Assembly: GCA_963719495.1 (NCBI GenBank) | Contig: CAVRCI010000013.1 | Coordinates: forward strand, 544,001 to 608,000 | Length of the DNA stretch: 64,000 bases | Source: an uncultured Verrucomicrobiae bacterium | GTDB taxonomy: Bacteria; Verrucomicrobiota; Verrucomicrobiia; Chthoniobacterales; JAATET01 | Direction: 5' to 3' | Shown: positions 1-9,563 of the stretch, piece after piece | Layout: the number at the start of each line of letters is the position of its first letter | Position numbering within the stretch: position 1 is the stretch's first letter | Made by a program: the position numbers and the translations under genes | The notes under the pieces: model-generated | The model's database searches: none | The model's input: the letters and a program-made list of their open reading frames with translations, nothing else | What the model was told of the DNA's origin: nothing

Positions 1-942
1 GACAACGGCCGCTGCCCCTCCGGCGTTTCCTACGTCCTGGAAAACCGCCAGGCAATGAAGCGCGTTTTCCCACGCCTCTTCAATCAATGCGGCGTCCGCC
101 CCGTTGACCGCTATCCGCAGGAACTCCTCTCCGTCCTCCGGCACGTGGCCCCCGGCGAAAACCCCGACCCGACCTGCGTCGTCCTCTCCCCCGGCATTTT
201 CAATTCCGCCTACTTCGAGCATTCCTTCCTCGCCCGCGAAATGGGTATCGAGATCGTCACCGGCGCCGACCTCGTCGTGCAAAATTCCCGCGTCTACATG
301 AAGACGACCAAGGGACTCAAGCAGGTCGACTCCATTTACCGCCGCATCGACGACGACTTCCTCGACCCCGAAGTCTTCCGAAAAGATTCCTGCCTCGGTG
401 TCCCAGGTCTCGTCGAAGCCTACCGCTCCGGCAACGTCAGCCTCGCCAACACGATCGGCACCGGCGTCGCCGACGACAAGGCCGTCTACTACTACGTGCC
501 GAAGATGATCGAATTCTACCTCAGCGAAGAGCCGATCCTCCCCAACGTCGAAACCTACCTCTCCGCCGAGGATGACGATCGCAAGTTCATCCTGGAAAAC
601 ATGGAGAATCTCGTCATCAAAGCCGCCAACGAATCCGGCGGCTACGGCATGCTCATCGGCCCGCACGCCACGAAGGAAGAGGTCGCCAAATTCCGCGACC
701 TCGTCCGCAACGACCCCCGAGGCTACATCGGCCAACCCGTCATCCAGCTCTCCCGCTCCCCCTCCCACTGCGACGGCGCCATCGAAGGCCGCCACGTCGA
801 CTTCCGACCCTACGCGCTCTACGGCGAGGACATCAAAATCATCCCCGGCGGCCTCACCCGAGTCGCCATGAAAAAAGGCAGCCTCGTCGTGAACTCCTCC
901 CAAGGCGGCGGCAGCAAGGACACCTGGGTTCTCGACCAATGA
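1..942 (+). CDS. Circularly permuted type 2 ATP-grasp protein (5'-truncated by the window edge)
   Basis: Frame is open from base 1 ([16 protein letters not shown]). Motifs [40 protein letters not shown] and C-terminal [15 protein letters not shown]; an alpha-E gene follows. Confidence 0.92.
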   Translation, partial: DNGRCPSGVSYVLENRQAMKRVFPRLFNQCGVRPVDRYPQELLSVLRHVAPGENPDPTCVVLSPGIFNSAYFEHSFLAREMGIEIVTGADLVVQNSRVYMKTTKGLKQVDSIYRRIDDDFLDPEVFRKDSCLGVPGLVEAYRSGNVSLANTIGTGVADDKAVYYYVPKMIEFYLSEEPILPNVETYLSAEDDDRKFILENMENLVIKAANESGGYGMLIGPHATKEEVAKFRDLVRNDPRGYIGQPVIQLSRSPSHCDGAIEGRHVDFRPYALYGEDIKIIPGGLTRVAMKKGSLVVNSSQGGGSKDTWVLDQ

Positions 943-943
943 T

Positions 944-1029
944 TGGATTTCAGACGGCGGAATGCGGATGGCGGATCGCAAGAAACGCGGCGATTCCCCC
1001 TCGAAATCCGAAATCCGAAATCCGAAATT
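944..1029. repeat. Inverted heptamer tandem arrays (degenerate CGGA-nnn units, then CGAAATC x3 + CGAAATT)
   Basis: Period-7 units tggattt/cggaatg/cggatgg/cggatcg on the left; cgaaatc cgaaatc cgaaatc cgaaatt at 1002-1029 on the right, roughly reverse-complementary. Confidence 0.7.
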
Positions 1030-1035
1030 CCTACC

Positions 1036-2040
1036 ATGTTAAGCCGCGTCGCCGAATCCTGCTACTGGCTCAGCCGCTACATCGAGCGCGCCGAGAACAA
1101 CGCCCGTCTCCTCACGGTCAACATGGAGCTCATGCTCGACCTCGAGGCCTCGGACACCACCTCCGTCCAGCGTCACTGGGAGCCCATCCTCGCGACCCTC
1201 GAGGACAAGGAACTCTTCACCAAGCTCTCCGGCCAGATCACCGCCGACGACGTGATGGACTTCGTCACGTTCGAGAAGAAGAACCCGAACTCCATCATCT
1301 CCTGCATCAGCTCCGCCCGGGAAAATGCCCGCACCGTCCGCGAGCAGATCTCCTCCGAAATGTGGGAGCAGGTCAACAAACTCTACCTCTACCTCCGAAG
1401 CGACGAGGCCCGCGCCGATTTCGAAAACACCCCCCACGATTTCTTCAACAGCATCACGGAAGGTTCCCACCTCTTCCAAGGCATCACCGACGCCACGATG
1501 ACCCACGGTCAGGGCTGGGATTTCCTCCAGGTTGGCAAATTCCTCGAGCGCGCCGACAGCACGTCCCGCGTCCTCGACGTCAAATACCACATCCTCCTCC
1601 CCATGGGCGAACGCGTCGGCGGCAACGTCGACCTCACCCAGTGGATGGCCGTCCTCCGCTCCTGCAGCGCCTTCGAAGCCTACCTCAAAATTCACGTCGG
1701 CAACGTCTCCGCCGCCAAAGTGGCGGAATTTCTCACGCTCAATCCCGCCTTCCCCCGCTCGATCCGCTACTGCATCGGCCACCTCGACCGAGCCATCCAC
1801 CGCATCGGCGGCAGCGGCATCTTTGGGTTCCTCAACGAAGCCGAGCGCCTCTCCGGCATCCTCGCGGCCAGCATGAACTTCAGCACCATCGAGATGGTCT
1901 TCAACGGCGGCCTCCACGAATACCTCGACGGCATTCAGAAGAACCTGGTCGAGATCTCCGACGCCCTCAGTAACGTCTACTGCGAATGGCTCGACGAGCC
2001 CGCCGAAAACACCCAAACCCAGTCCCAAAGCCAGACGTAG
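1036..2040 (+). CDS. Alpha-E domain protein (DUF403)
   Basis: Starts MLSRVAESCYWLSRYIERAENNAR; internal ARENARTVREQISSEMWE, FLERAD and FPRSI motifs; adjacent to the ATP-grasp gene. Start taken as the ATG at 1036. Confidence 0.92.
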   Translation: MLSRVAESCYWLSRYIERAENNARLLTVNMELMLDLEASDTTSVQRHWEPILATLEDKELFTKLSGQITADDVMDFVTFEKKNPNSIISCISSARENARTVREQISSEMWEQVNKLYLYLRSDEARADFENTPHDFFNSITEGSHLFQGITDATMTHGQGWDFLQVGKFLERADSTSRVLDVKYHILLPMGERVGGNVDLTQWMAVLRSCSAFEAYLKIHVGNVSAAKVAEFLTLNPAFPRSIRYCIGHLDRAIHRIGGSGIFGFLNEAERLSGILAASMNFSTIEMVFNGGLHEYLDGIQKNLVEISDALSNVYCEWLDEPAENTQTQSQSQT

Positions 2041-2041
2041 C

Positions 2042-2088
2042 GGGAGCGCACGCGTCCCCGCGTGCGGGATTCGGCGTCCCGCCGAATC
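2042..2088 (+). repeat. REP-like double hairpin (GGAGCGCACGCGTCCC...GGCGTCCCGCC family)
   Basis: Near-identical copies at 58089-58135 and 60540-60585 with compensated stems. Confidence 0.8.
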
Positions 2089-2124
2089 CGCCCCAGAGAC
2101 CCGGCGAAGCCGCACTTCCCCCCC

Positions 2125-2775
2125 ATGCGCCTCTCCCGCACGCCTGCCGCGATCCTGCTCACCGCGTTTTTCGCCACCGCCACCACCCGGGCCCAACCCT
2201 GGGAGACCATCCCCAACTGCCGCCTCGTCGAGAGCAACTATAACGACGGCGACAGCTTCCACGTCCGCGCCGCCGGGAAAGAGCGCATCTTCCGCCTCTA
2301 CTTCGTCGACACCGCCGAGACGTCCAACGACTTCAAGCGCCGCACCAGCGACCAGGCCAAAGACTTCGACGTCCGAAAAAAACGCCTCCTCGAACTCGGC
2401 AGGGAAGCCACCGCCTTCAGCGCCGCCAAGCTCACCGGCAATTTCACCGTCCGAACCAAGTGGGAGGACGCCGAGGGCCAAAGCCAACTCCCCCGTCACT
2501 TCGCCGTCATCGAAACCCCCGAGGGCGACCTCGCCGAGCTCCTCGTCGCCGCCGGCCTCGCCCGCATCCACGGCCACCACATCGCGCACCCCCGCGGCAT
2601 CTCCGCCGACAGCTACCAGCACGTCCTGGAAAATCTCGAAGCCAAAGCCAAAGCCGCCAACCTCGGAGCCTGGACCGAATCCGCCACCCCGACAGCCCCC
2701 ACCCGCGCCAAGGCCAAAGAACCAGCCCGCGAAAGTCCACCGACCACAACCCTGAAGGACATCCCCGCTTTCTAA
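2125..2775 (+). CDS. Secreted thermonuclease (SNase-like) family protein
   Basis: Signal-peptide-like N-terminus; DGDSF, RLYFVDTAE, LVAAGLA and EAKAKAANLGAW match the SNase fold pattern. Confidence 0.8.
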   Translation: MRLSRTPAAILLTAFFATATTRAQPWETIPNCRLVESNYNDGDSFHVRAAGKERIFRLYFVDTAETSNDFKRRTSDQAKDFDVRKKRLLELGREATAFSAAKLTGNFTVRTKWEDAEGQSQLPRHFAVIETPEGDLAELLVAAGLARIHGHHIAHPRGISADSYQHVLENLEAKAKAANLGAWTESATPTAPTRAKAKEPARESPPTTTLKDIPAF

Positions 2776-2799
2776 GACCCAACGCGGTAAATAATCAGA

Positions 2800-2874
2800 C
2801 TCACGCGACACCGCGGAGGCGCGAGGAATACGATGGCCGCGAGACCTCTTCGCGGCTTCGCGGCTTCGCGTGAG
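2800..2874. repeat. Inverted octamer tandem arrays (CTTCGCGG-type)
   Basis: ctcacgcgacaccgcggaggcgcgag pairs with cttcgcggcttcgcggcttcgcgtgag. Confidence 0.65.
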
Positions 2875-2913
2875 AATCCAGATATTTTGTGGAATTGGTA
2901 TAAGAGGCCGCCT

Positions 2914-2948
2914 CAAGGAGCGGCGATTTGCAATCGCCGAACCAACCC
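2914..2948 (+). repeat. REP-like hairpin (AAGGAGCGGC-n-GCCGA family)
   Basis: Related copies near 3042, 42794-42820, 56828-56861 and 60621-60656; three of the five copies are followed by CCAACCC. Confidence 0.7.
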
Positions 2949-3387
2949 AAGCGCGAAGCGCCATCCTCGAGGTGTCGAAGGTCGGAAGGTGAGAAAGTCG
3001 GATCAGGACCGCTCGTGCGATTGATCGAACCGAGCCCAGCTCAAGGAGCGGCGGGTTGCCTCCGTCGGTCTCCGATTCGCTCCGGCTCCAGCCGCCGACC
3101 CGGCAATGCGCCACCGAGCCGATTGCATATTGTGACTCGCTCGCTCCCGCTCGTCTCGCCCTTCGGGCTGCCTCGCAGAGCCGGTGCAGTCTGCTCCGAG
3201 CCTCCCGCAACCCACGTCCACGTCGCCGCACCCTCACCGGATCGATCTCAACCATCCTCTCGTCCTTGCCCGCTACGAGAACTACCCAACAAGCGAACCT
3301 GAACCCATCTGGCATTCCCGGTAGCGGACCGCGATCCAGACCGAACACGCAAAGAAATTGCGACGGCATGAGATCTAGCGTCACCAA

Positions 3388-4227
3388 TCAGGCCACTCGC
3401 GCGAACTCCAGCACCTCAGCTTCGGCCCGAAACGGGAGAACCTTGGTCTCCATCCGCACCAGTTCACGTTCGATTTCGCGGGCCGCATCGATTCGCGTTT
3501 TGGAAGTGCCTTCGGGCGACCGAACCGCGAACAAAAATTGCTCCGGCAAGCAATCGATCTCACGAAGACGCCGAACCCGGTTGATCCAATGATCACCGTG
3601 CTCGTAGATCTTGGTCGAGGTTTCTTTGTTGAGATCCAGCGGTTTGATTGCCTTGACCGCGACGTTGCCCCGCCGATGCACGAACGGAACGTTCACGGAA
3701 TACTTCTCGTTGCCGATCGCCTCGCTGCGGAAAAACATCGCCGCACCCGTGCGAAAGAACGCTTTTCGAAGATGATTCGTCATGCGCGTCTCCTGATATT
3801 CCCGCTCCCGCGCGAATTGCCGGTCCACGTAGAAAGCAAAAAGTTCCTCGAGCTTCGCCCGCGGATCCACGGCCATCACCGTCCGGACCGCACCGAATCG
3901 AAACAACGACTCCCGCGCCCGGACCACTTCCCGGAAGACCGCCGGACCCTCCGCCGGCACCTCGCCGATCCGCAGTTGCAGAGGATGTCCCGAATCAGCC
4001 ATCGCCTTCGCGTCGTCGAGATCGACTCGGAAAAGCTGCGCCGCGTTGCGATAGAGCTCCCGGTCCAACTCGGGAAAAAAATCCGTCACCCGGCTCCACT
4101 TCCGCCCCAATCGAAAATCGAAAAACCCGGTTTCCGCGCAATGAAGCACCACCCCCACGTTTACGAACTCCTCCGTCTCCACGTAGGGAAGGAAGCGGGC
4201 CACGGCGTAATTGCAGGCAAGTTTCAT
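3388..4227 (-). CDS. DUF3037 domain protein
   Basis: N-terminal YAVARFLPYVETEEFVNVGVVL is the DUF3037 signature; ATGA overlap with the upstream HipA-like kinase, its usual partner. Confidence 0.88.
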   Translation of the reverse strand: MKLACNYAVARFLPYVETEEFVNVGVVLHCAETGFFDFRLGRKWSRVTDFFPELDRELYRNAAQLFRVDLDDAKAMADSGHPLQLRIGEVPAEGPAVFREVVRARESLFRFGAVRTVMAVDPRAKLEELFAFYVDRQFAREREYQETRMTNHLRKAFFRTGAAMFFRSEAIGNEKYSVNVPFVHRRGNVAVKAIKPLDLNKETSTKIYEHGDHWINRVRRLREIDCLPEQFLFAVRSPEGTSKTRIDAAREIERELVRMETKVLPFRAEAEVLEFARVA

Positions 4228-4964
4228 AGCTCGAGGTCCCAGAATCCGGGTGACCGAAAACGATCCAACGTCCGCCGCAACCCGTCGATGTCAAAATACT
4301 CGTCGTCCCGGGACTCGCCGTCCGTCCACGCTTCCGGAATCTCCGCGACGATCGCGGCGAACTCCCCCATCGCGACCGTCAACCGATCCGTCTCCCGCCG
4401 ACGGAAAGTGGAGTCCGAAAACTCGAACAACCGCTCGCGAAACGCGTGGGAATCCTGAAACCGCCTGCCATCAAACTCATCGTCGAAAGCGAGATTGTGG
4501 TCGAAGACCACGAGTTCACTACCAGCCATGTCCCATGCCAGATTCGGATTTCCACCGCGATCCGTCAGCGTTCGATCCTCGTTTCGAATCCACCAATCGA
4601 ACAGTAGCACCCTTGCCTGCAACTCCGGAGTGACCCGCACCGCCGTCGACGGCCCCAACTCCTGCGCAAATTCGACCCGCATCGACCCAAACGCCGGACC
4701 CGGCCCCAACTCCCAAATTCCTTCCAGATCGCTCCCGTTGACCAGCGAGGCGGACACTTCCACGATCGAAAACGCGGGAATTGGCAGACCGAGAATCGTC
4801 CCAAGCCGCGCCCCCACGTATTCCGCGACCAGATCCCGGCCCCCAGCCCCCCGGCCCTTCACGAAGTAGATTTCCCCATCGCTACCCCGGCAAAGAAACG
4901 GGCGGAGCACCCCTTGATCCGAGCGCCGAAAGACTTCCTCGATGACCACCCGGGATGACGTCAT
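4224..4964 (-). CDS. HipA-like (HipA_2) kinase
   Basis: YFVKG (catalytic Lys), LVAEY (alphaC Glu), FDWWIRNEDRT, GNPNL and VFDHNLAF motifs appear intact. Confidence 0.88.
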   Translation of the reverse strand: MTSSRVVIEEVFRRSDQGVLRPFLCRGSDGEIYFVKGRGAGGRDLVAEYVGARLGTILGLPIPAFSIVEVSASLVNGSDLEGIWELGPGPAFGSMRVEFAQELGPSTAVRVTPELQARVLLFDWWIRNEDRTLTDRGGNPNLAWDMAGSELVVFDHNLAFDDEFDGRRFQDSHAFRERLFEFSDSTFRRRETDRLTVAMGEFAAIVAEIPEAWTDGESRDDEYFDIDGLRRTLDRFRSPGFWDLEL

Positions 4965-6574
4965 GGTCGGGTGGCACCTCCAACCTCGGTTACGGTGTCC
5001 AACAGACTCGATAGCAATCCGCCGCCCCGGGGACTCGCGAGATAACGAAGCACAAAATCCGAATAGTCGCGCAGTCCGAGAATCCGGCCCGCAGCCGACG
5101 GCAAGCCCTTGTTTGGATAAACGCGTAACGCTTCCGTGTAGTCACCTTCATCGACAATTTTTCGAATCGTCCGATCCCAACGTGCGACGGATTCGACGAC
5201 ATCGATTCGAGCGAGGTGATCCGCGAGCGACTGCTTCAACGCGCCCGGGTTGCGATGTTTCCACGGCCATTCGCGGAGCACCCGATCGAGATCGCGGCCA
5301 GCCAGTTCCGTCGCGAGGCGCTCGATGTCTTCGCTCAGTTTTTCGAAAACGACCCGTTTGACGCTTTCGACGTCTTCTTCGGGTTCTCGCTCGAGATGTT
5401 GGCTGACAAGTCGGACGATCGATTCGCTGATCAGTAAATTTTCGATTTCCGAGGCTGAAAGCACTTTGACGCCGATCTTTGCTAATCCTTCGACTTCGGC
5501 CTCACTTCGACCGTCCAAATCGATCAACCCAGTCGCTTCGATGTGCAGCCGACCACCCGACCGCAGATCCGAGCAGGTCGCCGTGGCGTGGATGACCGCG
5601 GTGCAGCCACCCATGGGAACAACGTGTTTCGCAGGGAACAGCAATCGATAAAGACGTTCGTCCGTCCCGCCCGCCTGCCCTTCCACGAAAAGAACGGGCT
5701 TTCGACTCCCCAAGACCTCCAAGAGCAGCGCTTCGGGTAACGCGGTCTCATCGGGCACGAAGTCCCACTCCCACCCGTTCCCGCCGGAGAACTCCCTGAG
5801 CCAAATTCTGCTTCCTCCCGCCCGCGAGGCGGCAAAATCCAGGTCGTGGGTCAGGTAAACGAAAAGGCAATCACGCCGTTCCAGTTCGACCGCGTCCCAC
5901 AGGCGCGCTTGGATCGCCCGGTGAAGGTGTAATTCCGGCTCGTCGAGAATGATCGTCGCCCCCGTGGGCGCGCAGAGGCACTGACCAATCAGGTAAAAAA
6001 TGACGCGCTCCCCGTCGCTCATTTCACTCGCGTTGTAAGCCGCTCCGCGCTCTCTCTGCCGAGCTTCGACCTTGTTTCCCCCGATCACCAGCTCCCGATT
6101 CGGCAGGATCTCAGCCCAGATCCGCTGAATGATATCGAGCTTGCGAACCGGTGGTGGCTCGTAGCTGCCAGAAAGTTTCATCCTCTGGAAATATTCCTCG
6201 CTGGCTTGGGCCCCCTCGGAGAACAAAAGCGTCACCAAATTTTCGTAGTCGTTCAGAATTTTGTCGTGGCGGGCCGGGTCCCAGCGGACAAAAAATTTTG
6301 AATCGACCGCGGAATCTTTGTGACCAAACAGCAGCGCCTTCGTAGCGCTATCAATTCCGGTCACCGCAAAATCATCCGGGAACTGCAACAGCCGTTGAGC
6401 CGCAACCCGATGGGTCTTCACCGGATTTTGCTGCTCGAGCCATTCGGCGAGGCGCGATTTCCCTGCTCCATTCGCTCCCACCACGACCACCGGTCCCGCC
6501 GTCGTGAAGGTATTCCCCGGCGACGGATGAGCCGCGCAGGAAGGAAACTCGATCTGAAACTCGCTGACCCTCAA
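4961..6574 (-). CDS. ABC-type ATPase fused to a DUF4435/TOPRIM-like domain (PARIS AriAB-fusion/OLD-like)
   Basis: Walker A GANGAGKS, signature MSDGE, Walker B IILDEPELHLH, H-loop LTHD; C-terminal LFVEG..D, GLIDLD and EIENLL. Start uncertain (TTG at 6574 chosen; frame open to 6664). Confidence 0.8.
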   Translation of the reverse strand: MRVSEFQIEFPSCAAHPSPGNTFTTAGPVVVVGANGAGKSRLAEWLEQQNPVKTHRVAAQRLLQFPDDFAVTGIDSATKALLFGHKDSAVDSKFFVRWDPARHDKILNDYENLVTLLFSEGAQASEEYFQRMKLSGSYEPPPVRKLDIIQRIWAEILPNRELVIGGNKVEARQRERGAAYNASEMSDGERVIFYLIGQCLCAPTGATIILDEPELHLHRAIQARLWDAVELERRDCLFVYLTHDLDFAASRAGGSRIWLREFSGGNGWEWDFVPDETALPEALLLEVLGSRKPVLFVEGQAGGTDERLYRLLFPAKHVVPMGGCTAVIHATATCSDLRSGGRLHIEATGLIDLDGRSEAEVEGLAKIGVKVLSASEIENLLISESIVRLVSQHLEREPEEDVESVKRVVFEKLSEDIERLATELAGRDLDRVLREWPWKHRNPGALKQSLADHLARIDVVESVARWDRTIRKIVDEGDYTEALRVYPNKGLPSAAGRILGLRDYSDFVLRYLASPRGGGLLSSLLDTVTEVGGATRP

Positions 6575-6664
6575 AACCAGAACATTAGCGAACAGGTGTA
6601 ATCCGAGGAAAATCAATCCGCAACGCGCAAGGGCAACCGCATTCCGGCTCGATTGGGGCCGCAC

Positions 6665-7996
6665 CTACCCCCTCACAAACCCCCAAACCCGCCACCCCAT
6701 CCAGACCGCCGCGATCGCCAGACCCACCGTCAGCCCCAACCAAATTCCCACCGCCCCCATCCCCAGGCCAAACGCCAACGCCGCCCCCAGCGGCAGCGCC
6801 ACCACCCAATAAGCCGCCAGCGCGATCCAGGCCGGAATCCGCACGTCGTTCATCCCCCGCAGACACCCCGCCGCGGTGATCTGAATTCCGTCGCTCACCT
6901 GAAAAATCCCCGCCAGCACGAGTAGATTTGCCGCGATTCCGATCACCGCCGAATCCTGAATGAACCACCCCGCAATCACGCTCCCCGCCAGCAGAAACGT
7001 CACCGCGCTCAGGACCATCACGCCCGCGCCCATCACCAATCCGCCCGTCACGATCGGCTTCAATCGCGCCCGCTCGTCCGCGCCCCACGCCTCGCCGACC
7101 CGCACCGTGAGAGCCATCGAGATCCCCAGCGGCACCATGAACGTCGTCGCCGCGCAAGTGATCGCCACCTGGTGAGCCGCCAACGCCTCCGCCGAGATCC
7201 ACCCGATCATCACCGTCGCCGCCACGAACGCCCCCACCTCCGCCAGCAACTGCACACTCGTCGGCAACCCCACCCGCAACAGACTCCGCATCACCACCCA
7301 GTCTGGCCACCGCAACCACCGCCGCGGCACCCATTCGCCGAAATTCCCCCACCGCGCCGTCCATCCCAACAGCGCCACCACGTCGACCGCCCGCGCAATG
7401 AGCGTCGCCCAGCCCGCCCCCTCCAGCCCCATCGCGGGCGCACCCAGGTTCCCGTAAATCAGAACCCAGTTGAGAAAAACGTTCAGCCCCACTCCCCCGA
7501 GCAGAATCCAGAACGCCCCCCACGGCCGGTTCATCGCGTCCGCAAAATTCTTGAAAACCATGCACGCCAACCCCGGCGCCAGCGACGCCATCACGATGAG
7601 ATAATACCCCCGTGCCGCCTCCGCCACCGCCGCGTCCTGACCCAACATCCCGAGAAACGGCTGCGTGACGAAGCCACCCACCAGCGCCAACCCGCCAAAC
7701 AAAAACGACAGATACAGCCCGTTCCGCACCGCCCCGCGCGCCCCCGCCACGTCCCCGGACCCCCGGGCCTGCGACACCCGGATCGAGACCGACACCAGCA
7801 CCCCGATCCCAGCGATGAGCGGGATGTGAACCAGCGTCATCGCCAACGTCGCCGCGGCCAGCGGCACCACCCCAAGCTGCCCGATCATCACCGTATCGAC
7901 GACGCCCATCAGCATCTGGCTCACCTGCCCGGCCACCAGCGGCACCGCCAACACCACCGTCCCCCGCGCCTCGCGCAAAATCGAATCTAAAGCCAT
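6665..7996 (-). CDS. MATE family efflux transporter
   Basis: About 12 hydrophobic segments; VDTVMIGQLG, LIYGNLGAPAMGLEGAGWAT and FQVSDGIQ...LRG motifs. ATG at 7996. Confidence 0.92.
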   Translation of the reverse strand: MALDSILREARGTVVLAVPLVAGQVSQMLMGVVDTVMIGQLGVVPLAAATLAMTLVHIPLIAGIGVLVSVSIRVSQARGSGDVAGARGAVRNGLYLSFLFGGLALVGGFVTQPFLGMLGQDAAVAEAARGYYLIVMASLAPGLACMVFKNFADAMNRPWGAFWILLGGVGLNVFLNWVLIYGNLGAPAMGLEGAGWATLIARAVDVVALLGWTARWGNFGEWVPRRWLRWPDWVVMRSLLRVGLPTSVQLLAEVGAFVAATVMIGWISAEALAAHQVAITCAATTFMVPLGISMALTVRVGEAWGADERARLKPIVTGGLVMGAGVMVLSAVTFLLAGSVIAGWFIQDSAVIGIAANLLVLAGIFQVSDGIQITAAGCLRGMNDVRIPAWIALAAYWVVALPLGAALAFGLGMGAVGIWLGLTVGLAIAAVWMGWRVWGFVRG

Positions 7997-8074
7997 GACC
8001 GCGCCATCACGATCCCACTGAATCACCAAGCCGCTTCGATTGACAGACGGCGCGCACGTTTCTAAACCGATTCC

Positions 8075-8965
8075 ATGATTCTGGTGTGCGGCGCGACGGG
8101 AATGTTCGGCGGACGGGTCCTCGACCACCTCCTCGCCGACGGCCAGCCCGCCCGCGCCCTCACCCACTCACCAGCCAAAGCCGACGACCTGCGCCGCCGC
8201 GGAGCCGAAGCCGCCGTCGGCGATCTGGATGCGCCGACGACCCTCCCTGCCGCCCTCGACGGCATCGACCGCGTCTTCCTCGTGTCGCCCATGGACGATC
8301 GGATCGAGGCCCGCGAGACCGCCCTCGTCGACGCCGCCCGACGCTCCGGCGTCCAGCACGTCGTCAAGATCTTCGGTGCCGTCCGGCATCGCGGCGACCC
8401 ACTCATCACCCAACACGAACGCGTCATCGACCACCTCTCAGCCTCCGGCGTCCCCTGGACCCTCGTCTCTCCCAACACCGTCATGGAATCCAACCTCCGG
8501 CCCGCCGCCGAGACGATCCGCACGATGGACACGATCTTCGGTGCGGCCGGCGATGGCCGAATCGGGATGGTCGCCCTCGACGACTGCGCCCGCGCCGCCG
8601 CCACCGTCCTCACCACCGACCCCGCCGCGCACGCGGAGCAGAACTACGAAATCACCGGCCCGGAAGCCGTCACCTTCGCCGAGATCGCCGCCCACTTCAC
8701 CCGGATCCTCGGCCGCCCCATCACGTATCAGGATATGCCCGTCGACGACTTCGGCGAGATGCTCGTCACCGAAGCCGGCTTCGATCCCGCCACCCTCGAG
8801 ACCGACGTCCTCTGCCACTTCCGCGCCTTCCACCGCGGCGACGCCGACCTCGTCACCGACACCTTCACCCGCCTAACCGGCCACCCCGCCACCACCCTCG
8901 ACACCTTCATCAACGCGAACCGCACCAGCTTCCAGCCGCCCGGCACCGCACCGCCCACCCCGTAG
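8075..8965 (+). CDS. NmrA-like atypical SDR, NAD(P)H-binding protein
   Basis: MILVCGATGMFG Rossmann motif; ALDGIDRVFLV and YEITGPEAVT. Confidence 0.88.
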   Translation: MILVCGATGMFGGRVLDHLLADGQPARALTHSPAKADDLRRRGAEAAVGDLDAPTTLPAALDGIDRVFLVSPMDDRIEARETALVDAARRSGVQHVVKIFGAVRHRGDPLITQHERVIDHLSASGVPWTLVSPNTVMESNLRPAAETIRTMDTIFGAAGDGRIGMVALDDCARAAATVLTTDPAAHAEQNYEITGPEAVTFAEIAAHFTRILGRPITYQDMPVDDFGEMLVTEAGFDPATLETDVLCHFRAFHRGDADLVTDTFTRLTGHPATTLDTFINANRTSFQPPGTAPPTP

Positions 8966-8983
8966 AAGCGGAGGTCACGACGC
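8951..8983 (+). repeat. Left 33-bp direct repeat of the island
   Basis: ccgcccaccccgtagaagcggaggtcacgacgc; 31/33 identical to 18297-18329. Confidence 0.85.
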
Positions 8984-9563
8984 TCACGCTCATTAATCGC
9001 TACGCCCGCACCGCCGGCACCGACCTCGGCCTGTCCATTGCATCCAAGCGGTTGCCCTCCCGATTCGAGCGGACTGCCGCAAACATGACCGGCAGGACCT
9101 CGCCGCCCAAACGGCTTTGTCTTCCCAAATTGAGCCATCGCCCGGCGGCGATCCGTGGTGAAGTCGCAATTCGATTCGAAATCGCCCAAAACCGATCGCC
9201 ACCGCTCGTCTAGTCTCACCGTTTCACGCCTCCCAATCCCCGCTTCATTCCGGACAACATCGGCGCGTCCCATTCTAAACCTCCTCCTCAAGATTACCGG
9301 TTAGTCCAAGCGCCCACGGCCCGAATCCGAACTCTACGACCTCGTCCTCGAGCCGCAGGAACGCCAAACGTTATTAACAAGGTCGGCTCTGAGGTCATCT
9401 GAATCGTTTTGAAACAGCGCAGACAATTGGGTGACGGCGACCGGCGACACCGCCGCGAAATACGGAGCTCGATAGATCCCAATGACTCACCAGCCTACCG
9501 CGTGGTGTGGAAGAACTTCCCGCCTACGTCCGAATCCTCACCCCGCGGCATTCGACGCCAGTT

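Noticed and set aside
1039..3387. 782-aa minus-strand ORF and the many other long antisense or alternate-frame ORFs (e.g. 11047-14007, 25159-27390, 34520-36610, 49815-51797)
   Set aside because: Shadow frames of well-supported genes in GC-rich DNA; low-complexity Arg/Gly/Pro translations without motifs.
8984..9563. 580-bp gap at the left end of the island as a hidden gene or ncRNA
   Set aside because: Only short motif-less ORFs and no convincing structure; left unannotated.
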